Shown here piece by piece: positions 55,975 to 64,000 of a stretch of DNA of 64,000 bases; the stretch's first letter is position 1; the number at the start of each line of letters is the position of its first letter. The stretch is from sequence record OM728297.1; one strand, written 5' to 3'. The position numbers and the translations under genes were made by a program. Under the pieces are notes generated by a model. That model ran no database searches and was not told where the DNA came from. It worked only from the letters and a program-made list of their open reading frames with translations.

Positions 55975-58527
55975 TCACTCCTTGATATCGTCCCTTATTG
56001 TATAATAAACCTTATTTCCATCTTTATCAGTTATAGTAGCTTTTATTGATACATCATAGTGGCTACTTCCAATTCTTTTAACATTGGTTGAATCTACATT
56101 TATTATAGGGGTATTATTCTTAATCATTTCAAATGGTAAACCATTTATATTAGGATAGAAGGATGTCCACGTTTCTGAGGGCGTAGAAAGTCTAATCCTA
56201 AAGAAATAATTACCTTCATCATAATCATCAAATTTGATACTCTCTAAGTATTCTCTATATTCTCTTTGATTTCCAACACTTATTTCTTTTCCTGCACCCT
56301 CTAAATTACCTTCATTGTCAAGTATTTCAACCTGCATTATAATTGGAATATTCGTGAAATTTCTAAATAACCAATAAAAATTATCATAATCTCTATATAA
56401 ATTTTGAATATCAAAAAGATTGATAATTTCAGTTCTAGTATTTAATGCATCTCCTTCATCTAATGCATCCATATAAACTATTAATCTAGGTGATAATAAC
56501 TGTGACACATTGTAACCATAATTTATAGAAAAATCTAAAGGTGTTTTTTGAAAATCATTATCAAGTAATTTATTACCATATTGATCTTTTGCAGTTAATT
56601 TAACGAGATCTTCGTCAATATCTGTAACAGTTCCATTAATTGAAAGACCAAATTTATTATCTTCCTCTTTTTTTAGCTCTATCGAATGTACTTCAATTTC
56701 TGGTTTATTATTCTTTAATGCTGAAAATGCATATCCCTTTTCATTTGGATAATACGTAGTCCAGTCCTCATGTTCAGAATAAATCTTTAAACGATAACGA
56801 TAGGAGCCTTCAGGAAGTTTTGGATATAGTCGTTGTTCAACAAATCTTGGTCTCACAGTACTTCCGATAGTTTGATAGTCACTCTCTCTATAGACGATAT
56901 AATCTTCTTCAGTTGTTTCTTCATTTTCTTTTAATATTTCAATGGAAAATTTTAAATTTTGAATTGAATAATTATCTACATACCATGAGAATATATGACC
57001 TTTATCTTGTTTTAATCCGTTAATTTGAAATGCAGGTGCTAAAACAGTTTGAATATTTTCTCCATTGTTATCATCTTGTATGGCTAGAGTAATATTAACA
57101 TGTGTTCTATCTATTATATTATATACGGCTTTTATATCTAAATCATATGGTGTATCAATAAAATCTCTTGCTTTTCGTATAATATTACCATCTTCATCAG
57201 ATATGGTGAATAAGAATTGATCATTCTCTGGATCATCTTTAATATTTGCTTTTAGTAATAAATATTTTATATTATCTAAATCTCGGTATATACGGCATTC
57301 ATTAATAGTAACTATGGGGTCTTTATGTTTTCTTACTGTAAATTGAATGCCATCTTCTAATCTTCTATCAAATGGATAGTATTCTTCCCAATCCTCTTCA
57401 TCACACCATACTTTTAGGTGGTATTTATAGTAATCTCTATCAAGAATGAATTTAGTTTCATCTTCTAAGTCAATATAATTATTACTATTTCTATATCTAA
57501 TAACCTGACCAGATTTAATAATTTTACCATCAAAATCAGTTACTTCTACTTGCATTGCTATACTTTTGTTTGAGTAATTTCGAAATTTCCATTTAAACAT
57601 ATTTCTTTCACGATAAAAATCATATAGATCATAAAGCTTAATAGTATCTTGTTGTTGACTTTTACCGTATAATTTATCATTAACATCAACTGTTAGAGTG
57701 AGTTTACTTACATTAAAATAACTAAATGGATATTCATAATAGAGATGCTCTAATTTTGGACTATAAGTATAGCTTCTTAGATTAACAATAGAACTCCCAA
57801 TATTATCAGTTATCGTATAGATTATATCGTCTTCTTCATCATCACTAATCAATATTCTTGATGATAAAACAAAATGATCAGTTTCTCTTCTTATCTTGGT
57901 ATCCTTTATCCTCAACCGAGGATTAGTATTATCTCTTAATGTTAATTTAAGACCAGATTCACTAGGATAAAACCTATTCCAATTTTCTTCTTTACTATAA
58001 TATTTTACTCTATAGTAATATTCACCTTCGGATGTATTTAAAAGATCATTACATACATACTTGTATAGTGTATAATCAATACCATAAATTTTTTTATACT
58101 CATTACTATTATAAATTATTTCACCTTCATTATTCAATACTTGAATAATTGAATAAATAGGAACCGTAGAGAAATTCCTTACACTCCATTGGAATTCCTC
58201 TACAGCTGATCTTGAAAGATTTTCTATATTAAATGTATCAATTTTTTTAGATACAGAGGATGTTGCACCACTCTCATCTTCCATATATAAAATAAATTCA
58301 GTTTCAGTTCCTTGAAAATAATCCTTACTAATATAAAAAAATTTAGAGATATTGATTGGAGTAGCTACAAAGTTATCTATTCCATCTAGCACATTTCCTT
58401 TTTCATCTAAAATCTTAAATTTAACAGGATAGCCAGAATCATTGATAATTTCAGCAATAATTTGAACACTAATTGAATCTAAAGAACTCTTATTTAATGA
58501 AATACTCTTTAGAGTAGCATTCAACAT
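55975..58527 (-). CDS. Ig/FN3-like tandem repeat virion protein (about 4.5 units)
   Basis: Four copies of F.W...N(F/Y)S...Y.Y(R/H)...W..(F/Y)YP; ends mid-repeat. Confidence 0.7.
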   Translation of the reverse strand: MLNATLKSISLNKSSLDSISVQIIAEIINDSGYPVKFKILDEKGNVLDGIDNFVATPINISKFFYISKDYFQGTETEFILYMEDESGATSSVSKKIDTFNIENLSRSAVEEFQWSVRNFSTVPIYSIIQVLNNEGEIIYNSNEYKKIYGIDYTLYKYVCNDLLNTSEGEYYYRVKYYSKEENWNRFYPSESGLKLTLRDNTNPRLRIKDTKIRRETDHFVLSSRILISDDEEDDIIYTITDNIGSSIVNLRSYTYSPKLEHLYYEYPFSYFNVSKLTLTVDVNDKLYGKSQQQDTIKLYDLYDFYRERNMFKWKFRNYSNKSIAMQVEVTDFDGKIIKSGQVIRYRNSNNYIDLEDETKFILDRDYYKYHLKVWCDEEDWEEYYPFDRRLEDGIQFTVRKHKDPIVTINECRIYRDLDNIKYLLLKANIKDDPENDQFLFTISDEDGNIIRKARDFIDTPYDLDIKAVYNIIDRTHVNITLAIQDDNNGENIQTVLAPAFQINGLKQDKGHIFSWYVDNYSIQNLKFSIEILKENEETTEEDYIVYRESDYQTIGSTVRPRFVEQRLYPKLPEGSYRYRLKIYSEHEDWTTYYPNEKGYAFSALKNNKPEIEVHSIELKKEEDNKFGLSINGTVTDIDEDLVKLTAKDQYGNKLLDNDFQKTPLDFSINYGYNVSQLLSPRLIVYMDALDEGDALNTRTEIINLFDIQNLYRDYDNFYWLFRNFTNIPIIMQVEILDNEGNLEGAGKEISVGNQREYREYLESIKFDDYDEGNYFFRIRLSTPSETWTSFYPNINGLPFEMIKNNTPIINVDSTNVKRIGSSHYDVSIKATITDKDGNKVYYTIRDDIKE

Positions 58528-58543
58528 TCCAAATCACCTCTCT

Positions 58544-59476
58544 TTATTTTAGTAGTTTACTAAATTCTGTATAAATACTATTAATAAATTTTCCAGCAAC
58601 ACTTTCAATAATATAATCTTTGGAGATATTACCATTTACTACAGCTCCAAAAATAGTTGAAAGGAAAGAAGGAAGATAGTCCAAGCCTAATAATGTAGTC
58701 TCACCATACATTCTTGCCCAGTTCTCTACAAAACTTCTAACATTTAAATCTTTCATTCCTTTGATATCTCTTAAATTATCAAATAATTTAAAAATATCTT
58801 CATACGCATTATTATCAAAACGCATTTCTTCCTCTTTAATAAGTTTAAGAGATGACTTATTAAAACAAGCATGATAAGCAATATTATCTACAGTATCATT
58901 ATTAGTTTTTCCACATAAATTAATAAGGAAGAATTTAGCTAAAAAGAAGTTAATGAGATCTAATTTATAATCATCAATATTAATAGCAAATAGTTTATCC
59001 ATTACTTTACCAACTAGTTTTGAATAGACAATTGCTCCATTTTTAAGGATTGTCATATTGTTAGTAAAACGATTCCAGTTGTTGACTAATTCTAACAATA
59101 TAGTTCCATTCTGCATAAGGTTAAAAAGTGTTTTTGGGTAGATATCATACATTCCTGTTGTTTTATTCACAGTTGAATAATAACCAATGTCAACTAAAGC
59201 AACAATTTTTCCACCTTCAACTTTACCAAAGGTACTTAGATATTTTGGTAATTTAATAGTTGGATTATTGATAAGAATGATATCTCCTTTATTTACATAT
59301 TGCATAGTCTTTCCTTTAGTTGGAAAAGTAATTCTTCGACTAATAATGTTTAATGATTCATCTAATTTAGTTATATCCACTCTATCTCTAGACACATGAA
59401 TATTTTTAATACTTTTTACAACACTTTCATTGGCAACTACTTGTCTAAACAGCGCACTATCAGTAATTTTTTTCAT
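58544..59476 (-). CDS. Hypothetical late protein
   Basis: RBS AGGAGG; first gene after the late promoter. Confidence 0.7.
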   Translation of the reverse strand: MKKITDSALFRQVVANESVVKSIKNIHVSRDRVDITKLDESLNIISRRITFPTKGKTMQYVNKGDIILINNPTIKLPKYLSTFGKVEGGKIVALVDIGYYSTVNKTTGMYDIYPKTLFNLMQNGTILLELVNNWNRFTNNMTILKNGAIVYSKLVGKVMDKLFAINIDDYKLDLINFFLAKFFLINLCGKTNNDTVDNIAYHACFNKSSLKLIKEEEMRFDNNAYEDIFKLFDNLRDIKGMKDLNVRSFVENWARMYGETTLLGLDYLPSFLSTIFGAVVNGNISKDYIIESVAGKFINSIYTEFSKLLK

Positions 59477-59501
59477 ATTAATCCTCCTAAATTAAGTATC
59501 T

Positions 59502-59513
59502 TATTTATTTGTT
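59502..59513 (-). promoter_or_regulatory. Late promoter AACA-N6-TA
   Basis: AACA AATAAA TA heading the fibre operon. Confidence 0.7.
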
Positions 59514-59537
59514 CAGGATTACCATAATATATTCATG

Positions 59538-59915
59538 TTATGATAATAATGATGAAAGTAACCCTTTTTTAGTTTCAGTATTATAAATATTTGTATTTAT
59601 TTTTTCACTGCTATTGCTTACACCACTGTTATTACTTACATATCTTATGAAAACATGGTATGTAATGCATCCAGCTCGTAATAATACTGAATCCAAATAA
59701 CGATATTTAGAAACATCAATATCAATATTTTCCTCATCACTATATAATTTTACTTCTATTTCCTCTAATTTATCCTCATTGGGATTAACTAATGCAAATA
59801 AGGCTATATTATCCTGTTGACTCTTTACAGATACTATATCACAGTTTTTTGGCATCAATACTATTTGTTCACTTTGAAGATATATTGGAAATCGTCTAAT
59901 TTGCTTTGTAGACAT
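59538..59915 (-). CDS. Small phage protein (DUF7352-like pattern)
   Basis: IRRFPI...IVLMP...IVSVKSQ....LFALVN...YHVF. Confidence 0.6.
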   Translation of the reverse strand: MSTKQIRRFPIYLQSEQIVLMPKNCDIVSVKSQQDNIALFALVNPNEDKLEEIEVKLYSDEENIDIDVSKYRYLDSVLLRAGCITYHVFIRYVSNNSGVSNSSEKINTNIYNTETKKGLLSSLLS

Positions 59916-59986
59916 AATAAACCACCGTCCTATTCTATATCTATAGCTATTTGTTTTGGAAAAAATAGAAAAAAAAATAAGGGCTA

Positions 59987-60172
59987 TTAAGCCCCTTTAT
60001 TCATAGTTAAACCAGTAATTGCATCTGGTTTAACTATGAATTTTCTTCCTTTCTTATCACATAAAGCAATAAGATTTCCATAAATATCCATAATTTCTGC
60101 GTCAACATATTCTTGATGAAATCCTTTAATTACATGGATTACCACCCACTGTCCAATTTTATAATTATTCAT
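59987..60172 (-). CDS. Small SH3-like hypothetical protein
   Basis: YKIGQWVVI...AEIMDIYGN; RBS GGTG. Confidence 0.55.
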   Translation of the reverse strand: MNNYKIGQWVVIHVIKGFHQEYVDAEIMDIYGNLIALCDKKGRKFIVKPDAITGLTMNKGA

Positions 60173-60263
60173 AATTCAGCACCATCCTAATTTTTATTTT
60201 TTACTATTCGTATTCGATTGAAATTTTAAATACCTTAATCATTTAGTAATGTCCTCCTAAAGA

Positions 60264-60704
60264 TTAACTTATTTCATCTATTATATCCCTCGTCTTAAAT
60301 ACAGATTTTTCAATGGCAATTAAATCATTTATATATCTATTTGGTAATAGTTTTGATGAAATTATTTTATATAGCTTTCTGGCATCAGCTATACCTATAA
60401 GTTCATTGTAATCCTGTATTTTAGAATATATACCTAGATTAAAACTTTTCATAAGACTCTTACCTTCTACTGGTATATAAATCTTTCTATTTTCTTTATT
60501 GTTTTCATACTCAATTAATACGTTATCTGATGAATTTATACACATTGAAATAATGGTATTACGTCTAAGATTACTAATATTCTTTTGTATGGTATCATCA
60601 GTAACAAGTATCACTTTTCTTATTCCATCTCTTTCAGTCAACATATATGGAATATGACTCAACATAGAATTAAGCCTGTGACTGAAGGATACCTTTTTCA
60701 TCAT
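60264..60704 (-). CDS. Hypothetical protein
   Basis: 146 aa; overlaps the upstream gene. Confidence 0.6.
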   Translation of the reverse strand: MMKKVSFSHRLNSMLSHIPYMLTERDGIRKVILVTDDTIQKNISNLRRNTIISMCINSSDNVLIEYENNKENRKIYIPVEGKSLMKSFNLGIYSKIQDYNELIGIADARKLYKIISSKLLPNRYINDLIAIEKSVFKTRDIIDEIS

Positions 60705-61071
60705 TGGTAAGTAAATCCTCCACTACATCCTTTATAGTTGTATAGAATAGATTTCTTCCTTTTGGTAATAGCAATTTACTGTCAATTATAGTATTTTCAT
60801 GATTTAAATCAATAGTTAAAGCCTCTCTATAATCAAGAGGCTTTTCAATTATTGTGGTATAACATGCAAGATCTAAATAATCCGCATTACAGACTTTTAT
60901 TGGCATATATAAACTAATATTATTAACTGAATATCTAATCATTAAATTACTGGAAGTCTTTACAAGCCTGTAAGAAGGAAGATTTAAAATCAATACATCT
61001 TTTAGGTCTTTCCAGTTATTTCTTAATCCAAGAATAAACTGGTCATTGAACAGTTGAACAAGTATATTCAT
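60670..61071 (-). CDS. Hypothetical protein
   Basis: RBS AAGGAAGG. Confidence 0.6.
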   Translation of the reverse strand: MNILVQLFNDQFILGLRNNWKDLKDVLILNLPSYRLVKTSSNLMIRYSVNNISLYMPIKVCNADYLDLACYTTIIEKPLDYREALTIDLNHENTIIDSKLLLPKGRNLFYTTIKDVVEDLLTNDEKGILQSQA

Positions 61072-61099
61072 CTTAAATTTCCTTCCTTTCTTTAGATTT

Positions 61100-61495
61100 T
61101 TATTCTAAATGTTGAAAATACTTTTTTACTATGGTATTTGCAAATGATTCAATTCTATTTTTTGCAAATGATTCAGTGAGAGAATTAGTATTAAATATAA
61201 TACTCTCTCCTTCAACCATTTGTGTCCATTCAATAGGATTTTTTGCAATTGGGGCACTAACCATTCTATCATAATAATTTATATTTTGACTGTTAGGACT
61301 AGTTATTCGAATAGGTATAAATATTAAACCTCTTCCCTCCGTAGAATGACTAATCATAATAGAACTAATTCTACCAGCAGTAAAATGACCTCCGGGAATA
61401 GTTTGAAAAACATCTTCCATTAGTTCTTTACTAATTTCTACTGTTACAGCACTTTGGATATCCCCATTAGTATAAGTTAATTTTCTCTTTAGCAT
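61100..61495 (-). CDS. Hypothetical protein
   Basis: RBS GAGGAG. Confidence 0.6.
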   Translation of the reverse strand: MLKRKLTYTNGDIQSAVTVEISKELMEDVFQTIPGGHFTAGRISSIMISHSTEGRGLIFIPIRITSPNSQNINYYDRMVSAPIAKNPIEWTQMVEGESIIFNTNSLTESFAKNRIESFANTIVKKYFQHLE

Positions 61496-61507
61496 TATTA
61501 TTTCTCC

Positions 61508-62182
61508 TCACGACATAAATGTATTTACAATAAATTCTCTTAAACTGTCATCCTTTTTATGTGTCTGCCTTTTGATATAAGATACAATATAATCTAAGGC
61601 TTCTGTTGCAGTAATTTCTTTTATAACTCCACCTGTATTTAAACAGAAAGAATTTTCTTCAATTCTAAGACTAGATTTAGGGATTAGCTCATCTCCTCTG
61701 TGAACAACTTCTACTATGATTTCTTCTCCTTTTTGAAGGGATTCAATAATAGAGGTTACATCATGAATCTTTTTAAATTTCTTCCAGAATCGTCTACGTT
61801 CAATTTTGATAATTTCTTTTCTTACTCTTTTGAAGAAGTCAGATTTGGAAATAACGATGAGGGTTTTACCAAATATGTCCTCTAGATCTTTATTACTAAC
61901 ACTCTTTTGATTTAATCCTAGAGCTTGGTAAAACTTACTTTCGGGGAGAGACATTGGTTTACCATTTTTTAACGTTGTAATAGAAAATGTATTTTCTTCT
62001 CCTTTATTATTAATTACATAATATGCATCTCTAAATTTTTCTTTACTAATTAGATCAAAGAATGCAAGACTCTTTTCACGATATTTTTGATCAAAAACAT
62101 TTTCATTAACGCTAATTACCTTCACCTTTTCAACAATCCTTTCAGTTTTCAAAATGAAGGAGATAAAGAATATCTCCTTCAT
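61508..62182 (-). CDS. Hypothetical protein (start uncertain)
   Basis: 224 aa ORF; annotated ATG sits inside a hairpin at about 62154-62182. Confidence 0.6.
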   Translation of the reverse strand: MKEIFFISFILKTERIVEKVKVISVNENVFDQKYREKSLAFFDLISKEKFRDAYYVINNKGEENTFSITTLKNGKPMSLPESKFYQALGLNQKSVSNKDLEDIFGKTLIVISKSDFFKRVRKEIIKIERRRFWKKFKKIHDVTSIIESLQKGEEIIVEVVHRGDELIPKSSLRIEENSFCLNTGGVIKEITATEALDYIVSYIKRQTHKKDDSLREFIVNTFMS

Positions 62183-62203
62183 CCTCCCTATTTATATTAA
62201 ATA

Positions 62204-62959
62204 TTACTTTTCAGCTTTTTCCTTTTCTTTTTTCTTATTCTTACCTTCAGTCTTTTCTTTTTTCTTATTCTTACCTTCAGTCTTTTCTTTCTTTGTTGTT
62301 TTTGTTTCTTTATCTTTACTTGCAATTTCTTCATAAAATGGTTTTTTATTTTCTTTACTAGAAGCAATTTCTTTTGCCTTATCAGCATTAGATTTCTTGT
62401 CAGATTTTTTATCTTCTTTTAATGCTTCTAAAGTTTCCTCAGCTTTTTCAAGTAATTCTTCCGTCTCTCCAACTTCTTCATCAAAGAAACTATTCATTTC
62501 TTCTTCACTAACTTCAATGTCTTCCTCATCTTCAATTTCAATATTAGATTGAAAGTTAATTTCCTCATCTTCATTTATTTTAACAGTATCACGTACCAAT
62601 GTCTCTCTATTAGGGTCAATAGCTTCTCTCATACCAACATTTTGGGAAGAATATACGCCATTATCCTTTTCAAATCTTTCCGTTTCTGGTAGATGTACTT
62701 TCATTTCAGATTCAGTATATTCTTCATTACTATTTTTACTAAATTTATCTTTAACAAATCCTACTGGATTTACTTTCTTAATATTACCCATTTTCACATA
62801 ATTACTCGGAGACAATTTAGTTTTTACACTTTCAGGTAATTTTTCAGAGAGTTTCTTACCAATAATAGCACTTGCAATTCCCCCACCAACAATAGCCGCT
62901 CCATAAGTAATAGCCTTCTTAGTTCCCTCTTTAACTGCGTTTTCTACGATTAATCTCAT
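62204..62959 (-). CDS. Membrane-anchored acidic/basic low-complexity protein
   Basis: ATG 62959 behind GGAGGAG; glycine-rich TM AITYGAAIVGGGIASAIIG; K/E-rich tail. Confidence 0.7.
   Translation of the reverse strand: MRLIVENAVKEGTKKAITYGAAIVGGGIASAIIGKKLSEKLPESVKTKLSPSNYVKMGNIKKVNPVGFVKDKFSKNSNEEYTESEMKVHLPETERFEKDNGVYSSQNVGMREAIDPNRETLVRDTVKINEDEEINFQSNIEIEDEEDIEVSEEEMNSFFDEEVGETEELLEKAEETLEALKEDKKSDKKSNADKAKEIASSKENKKPFYEEIASKDKETKTTKKEKTEGKNKKKEKTEGKNKKKEKEKAEK
62222..62290. repeat. 30-bp tandem duplication (KKEKTEGKNK x2)
   Basis: Two exact 30-bp units plus a partial third. Confidence 0.85.
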
Positions 62960-62991
62960 TTTATTCTCCTCCAAATTTTCTTTTTTTATTT

Positions 62992-63324
62992 TTATTTTAA
63001 ATATTCATCAATATCATGTGTTTCAACATTCTCAAAATACCATTCATCTTTGTCTGGATCGTATCTAGCATCGATACTATACATTATCGTTGCTATTTTT
63101 CTAGGTTCTCTTACTTTGAACATTCCTAATACTCTAAACATATTTTCTTTAAGTTCTTTGACTTCAACATTTTCTTTATTAAATTCTAAAAGGTCATCTC
63201 CATAATATTCTGTAATAAATGATTCTACCTGCTTATGTGCTTCTTCCTCATTTGGTTTCCCACAAGCTGAAAGTAAAAAGAGTAAATTAATTGTGATAAA
63301 TAATGCTATAATTTTATTAGTCAT
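62992..63324 (-). CDS. Lipoprotein
   Basis: Signal peptide with LSAC lipobox; RBS AAAGGTG. Confidence 0.7.
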   Translation of the reverse strand: MTNKIIALFITINLLFLLSACGKPNEEEAHKQVESFITEYYGDDLLEFNKENVEVKELKENMFRVLGMFKVREPRKIATIMYSIDARYDPDKDEWYFENVETHDIDEYLK

Positions 63325-63336
63325 TATTTATCACCT

Positions 63337-63897
63337 TTATATTGCCTTTAATTTTACATCCATATCATCAAAATATATTGTAGACGATACTTTAGTGTTT
63401 ACCCATTCAATATATGGTCTTCCTTGATCATCAAAACCATACGATTTAACAACTACATCTTCATTGTAATCATTTGTATACTTAATAAGAAGCTGAATGG
63501 CATTTTCAATTTCTTTCTTTTTAATGTCATCAAGTACATTTAGATTTGGTACTTTCTCTTTAACCAAAACATTAAGAGACTTTATTAATTGATTAATTTT
63601 TTCTTTTGGTATTCCATAGTCATAATTGGATAAGATTTCCATAAAGGAATTAAAAACCTCACTTTCTCTATAAATCTTCATAAAGTCAGATAAATATTTA
63701 TTAATAAATTCTAATTCCTCATGTGTAATCTCTTCTAAAGAATCAATATTTCCCAGTTTTATGATCATATTAGTATTTTTATCATCTTGTAACAAATTAT
63801 CAAGATGACTGCCAATCTTAGATGAAAATACACTTACAGTATGATCCTCATCTAATTCATCATTAATGTGTGCTAAAATGTCCATAAAAATATTCAT
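63337..63897 (-). CDS. Hypothetical early protein
   Basis: RBS GGGGG; early promoter upstream. Confidence 0.65.
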   Translation of the reverse strand: MNIFMDILAHINDELDEDHTVSVFSSKIGSHLDNLLQDDKNTNMIIKLGNIDSLEEITHEELEFINKYLSDFMKIYRESEVFNSFMEILSNYDYGIPKEKINQLIKSLNVLVKEKVPNLNVLDDIKKKEIENAIQLLIKYTNDYNEDVVVKSYGFDDQGRPYIEWVNTKVSSTIYFDDMDVKLKAI

Positions 63898-63986
63898 TTT
63901 TATTCCCCCAATTTTTCATCTCTTGGATCATAGAAATATTCATTTTAAATATATCTAGATCCTAAATGTTCTTATTTATCACAATT

Positions 63987-63999
63987 ATAATATATATTT
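63987..63999 (-). promoter_or_regulatory. Early promoter motif
   Basis: AAATATATATTAT. Confidence 0.7.
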
Positions 64000-64000
64000 G

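Noticed and set aside
62222-62290. 30-bp direct repeat as a mobile-element scar
   Set aside because: Tandem, in frame, in a low-complexity lysine-rich tail; best explained by slippage
1-64000. Stop-codon reassignment
   Set aside because: Standard code gives full-length conserved proteins and dense coverage; TAA, TAG and TGA all end genes

Overview
AT-rich (roughly 28% GC by eye), gene-dense 64 kb segment of a phiKZ-related Bacillus jumbo myophage of the AR9/PBS1 type. I recognise, from memory and without any database search, the AR9 non-virion RNA polymerase promoter-specificity subunit (gp226-like, 464 aa), its catalytic beta-prime N-terminal subunit (gp270-like, DYDGD), a virion RNAP beta-prime fragment (gp264-like) and the chaperonin (gp228-like); gene spacing matches AR9 numbering. 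AR9/PBS1 DNA carries uracil instead of thymine; that is established knowledge and is not visible in the letters. The window holds putative inner-head proteins, a nucleotide/replication block (dCMP-deaminase family, nrdIEF, primase, degenerate 5'-3' exonuclease, Gmk-like kinase, RNase HI, minimal PolB-like palm protein), baseplate genes, small early ORFs, tRNA-Asn, and a roughly 18 kb late operon of repeat-rich fibre/Ig-like proteins. An early motif AAATATATATTAT (9 copies) and the late nvRNAP motif AACA-N6-TA were mapped by eye. Top leads: (1) an ORF-free, late-promoter-driven, highly structured RNA at 24269-24525 ending in a 47-nt tRNA-like minihelix with CCA; (2) a minimal PolB-like protein; (3) an Ig-like repeat split across two adjacent genes; (4) genome-wide recoding of Ala-Ala pairs to avoid GCWGC, plus absence of GGCC; (5) a catalytically dead amidase with three peptidoglycan-binding domains. 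All family calls come from motif recognition and need HMM/structure confirmation.
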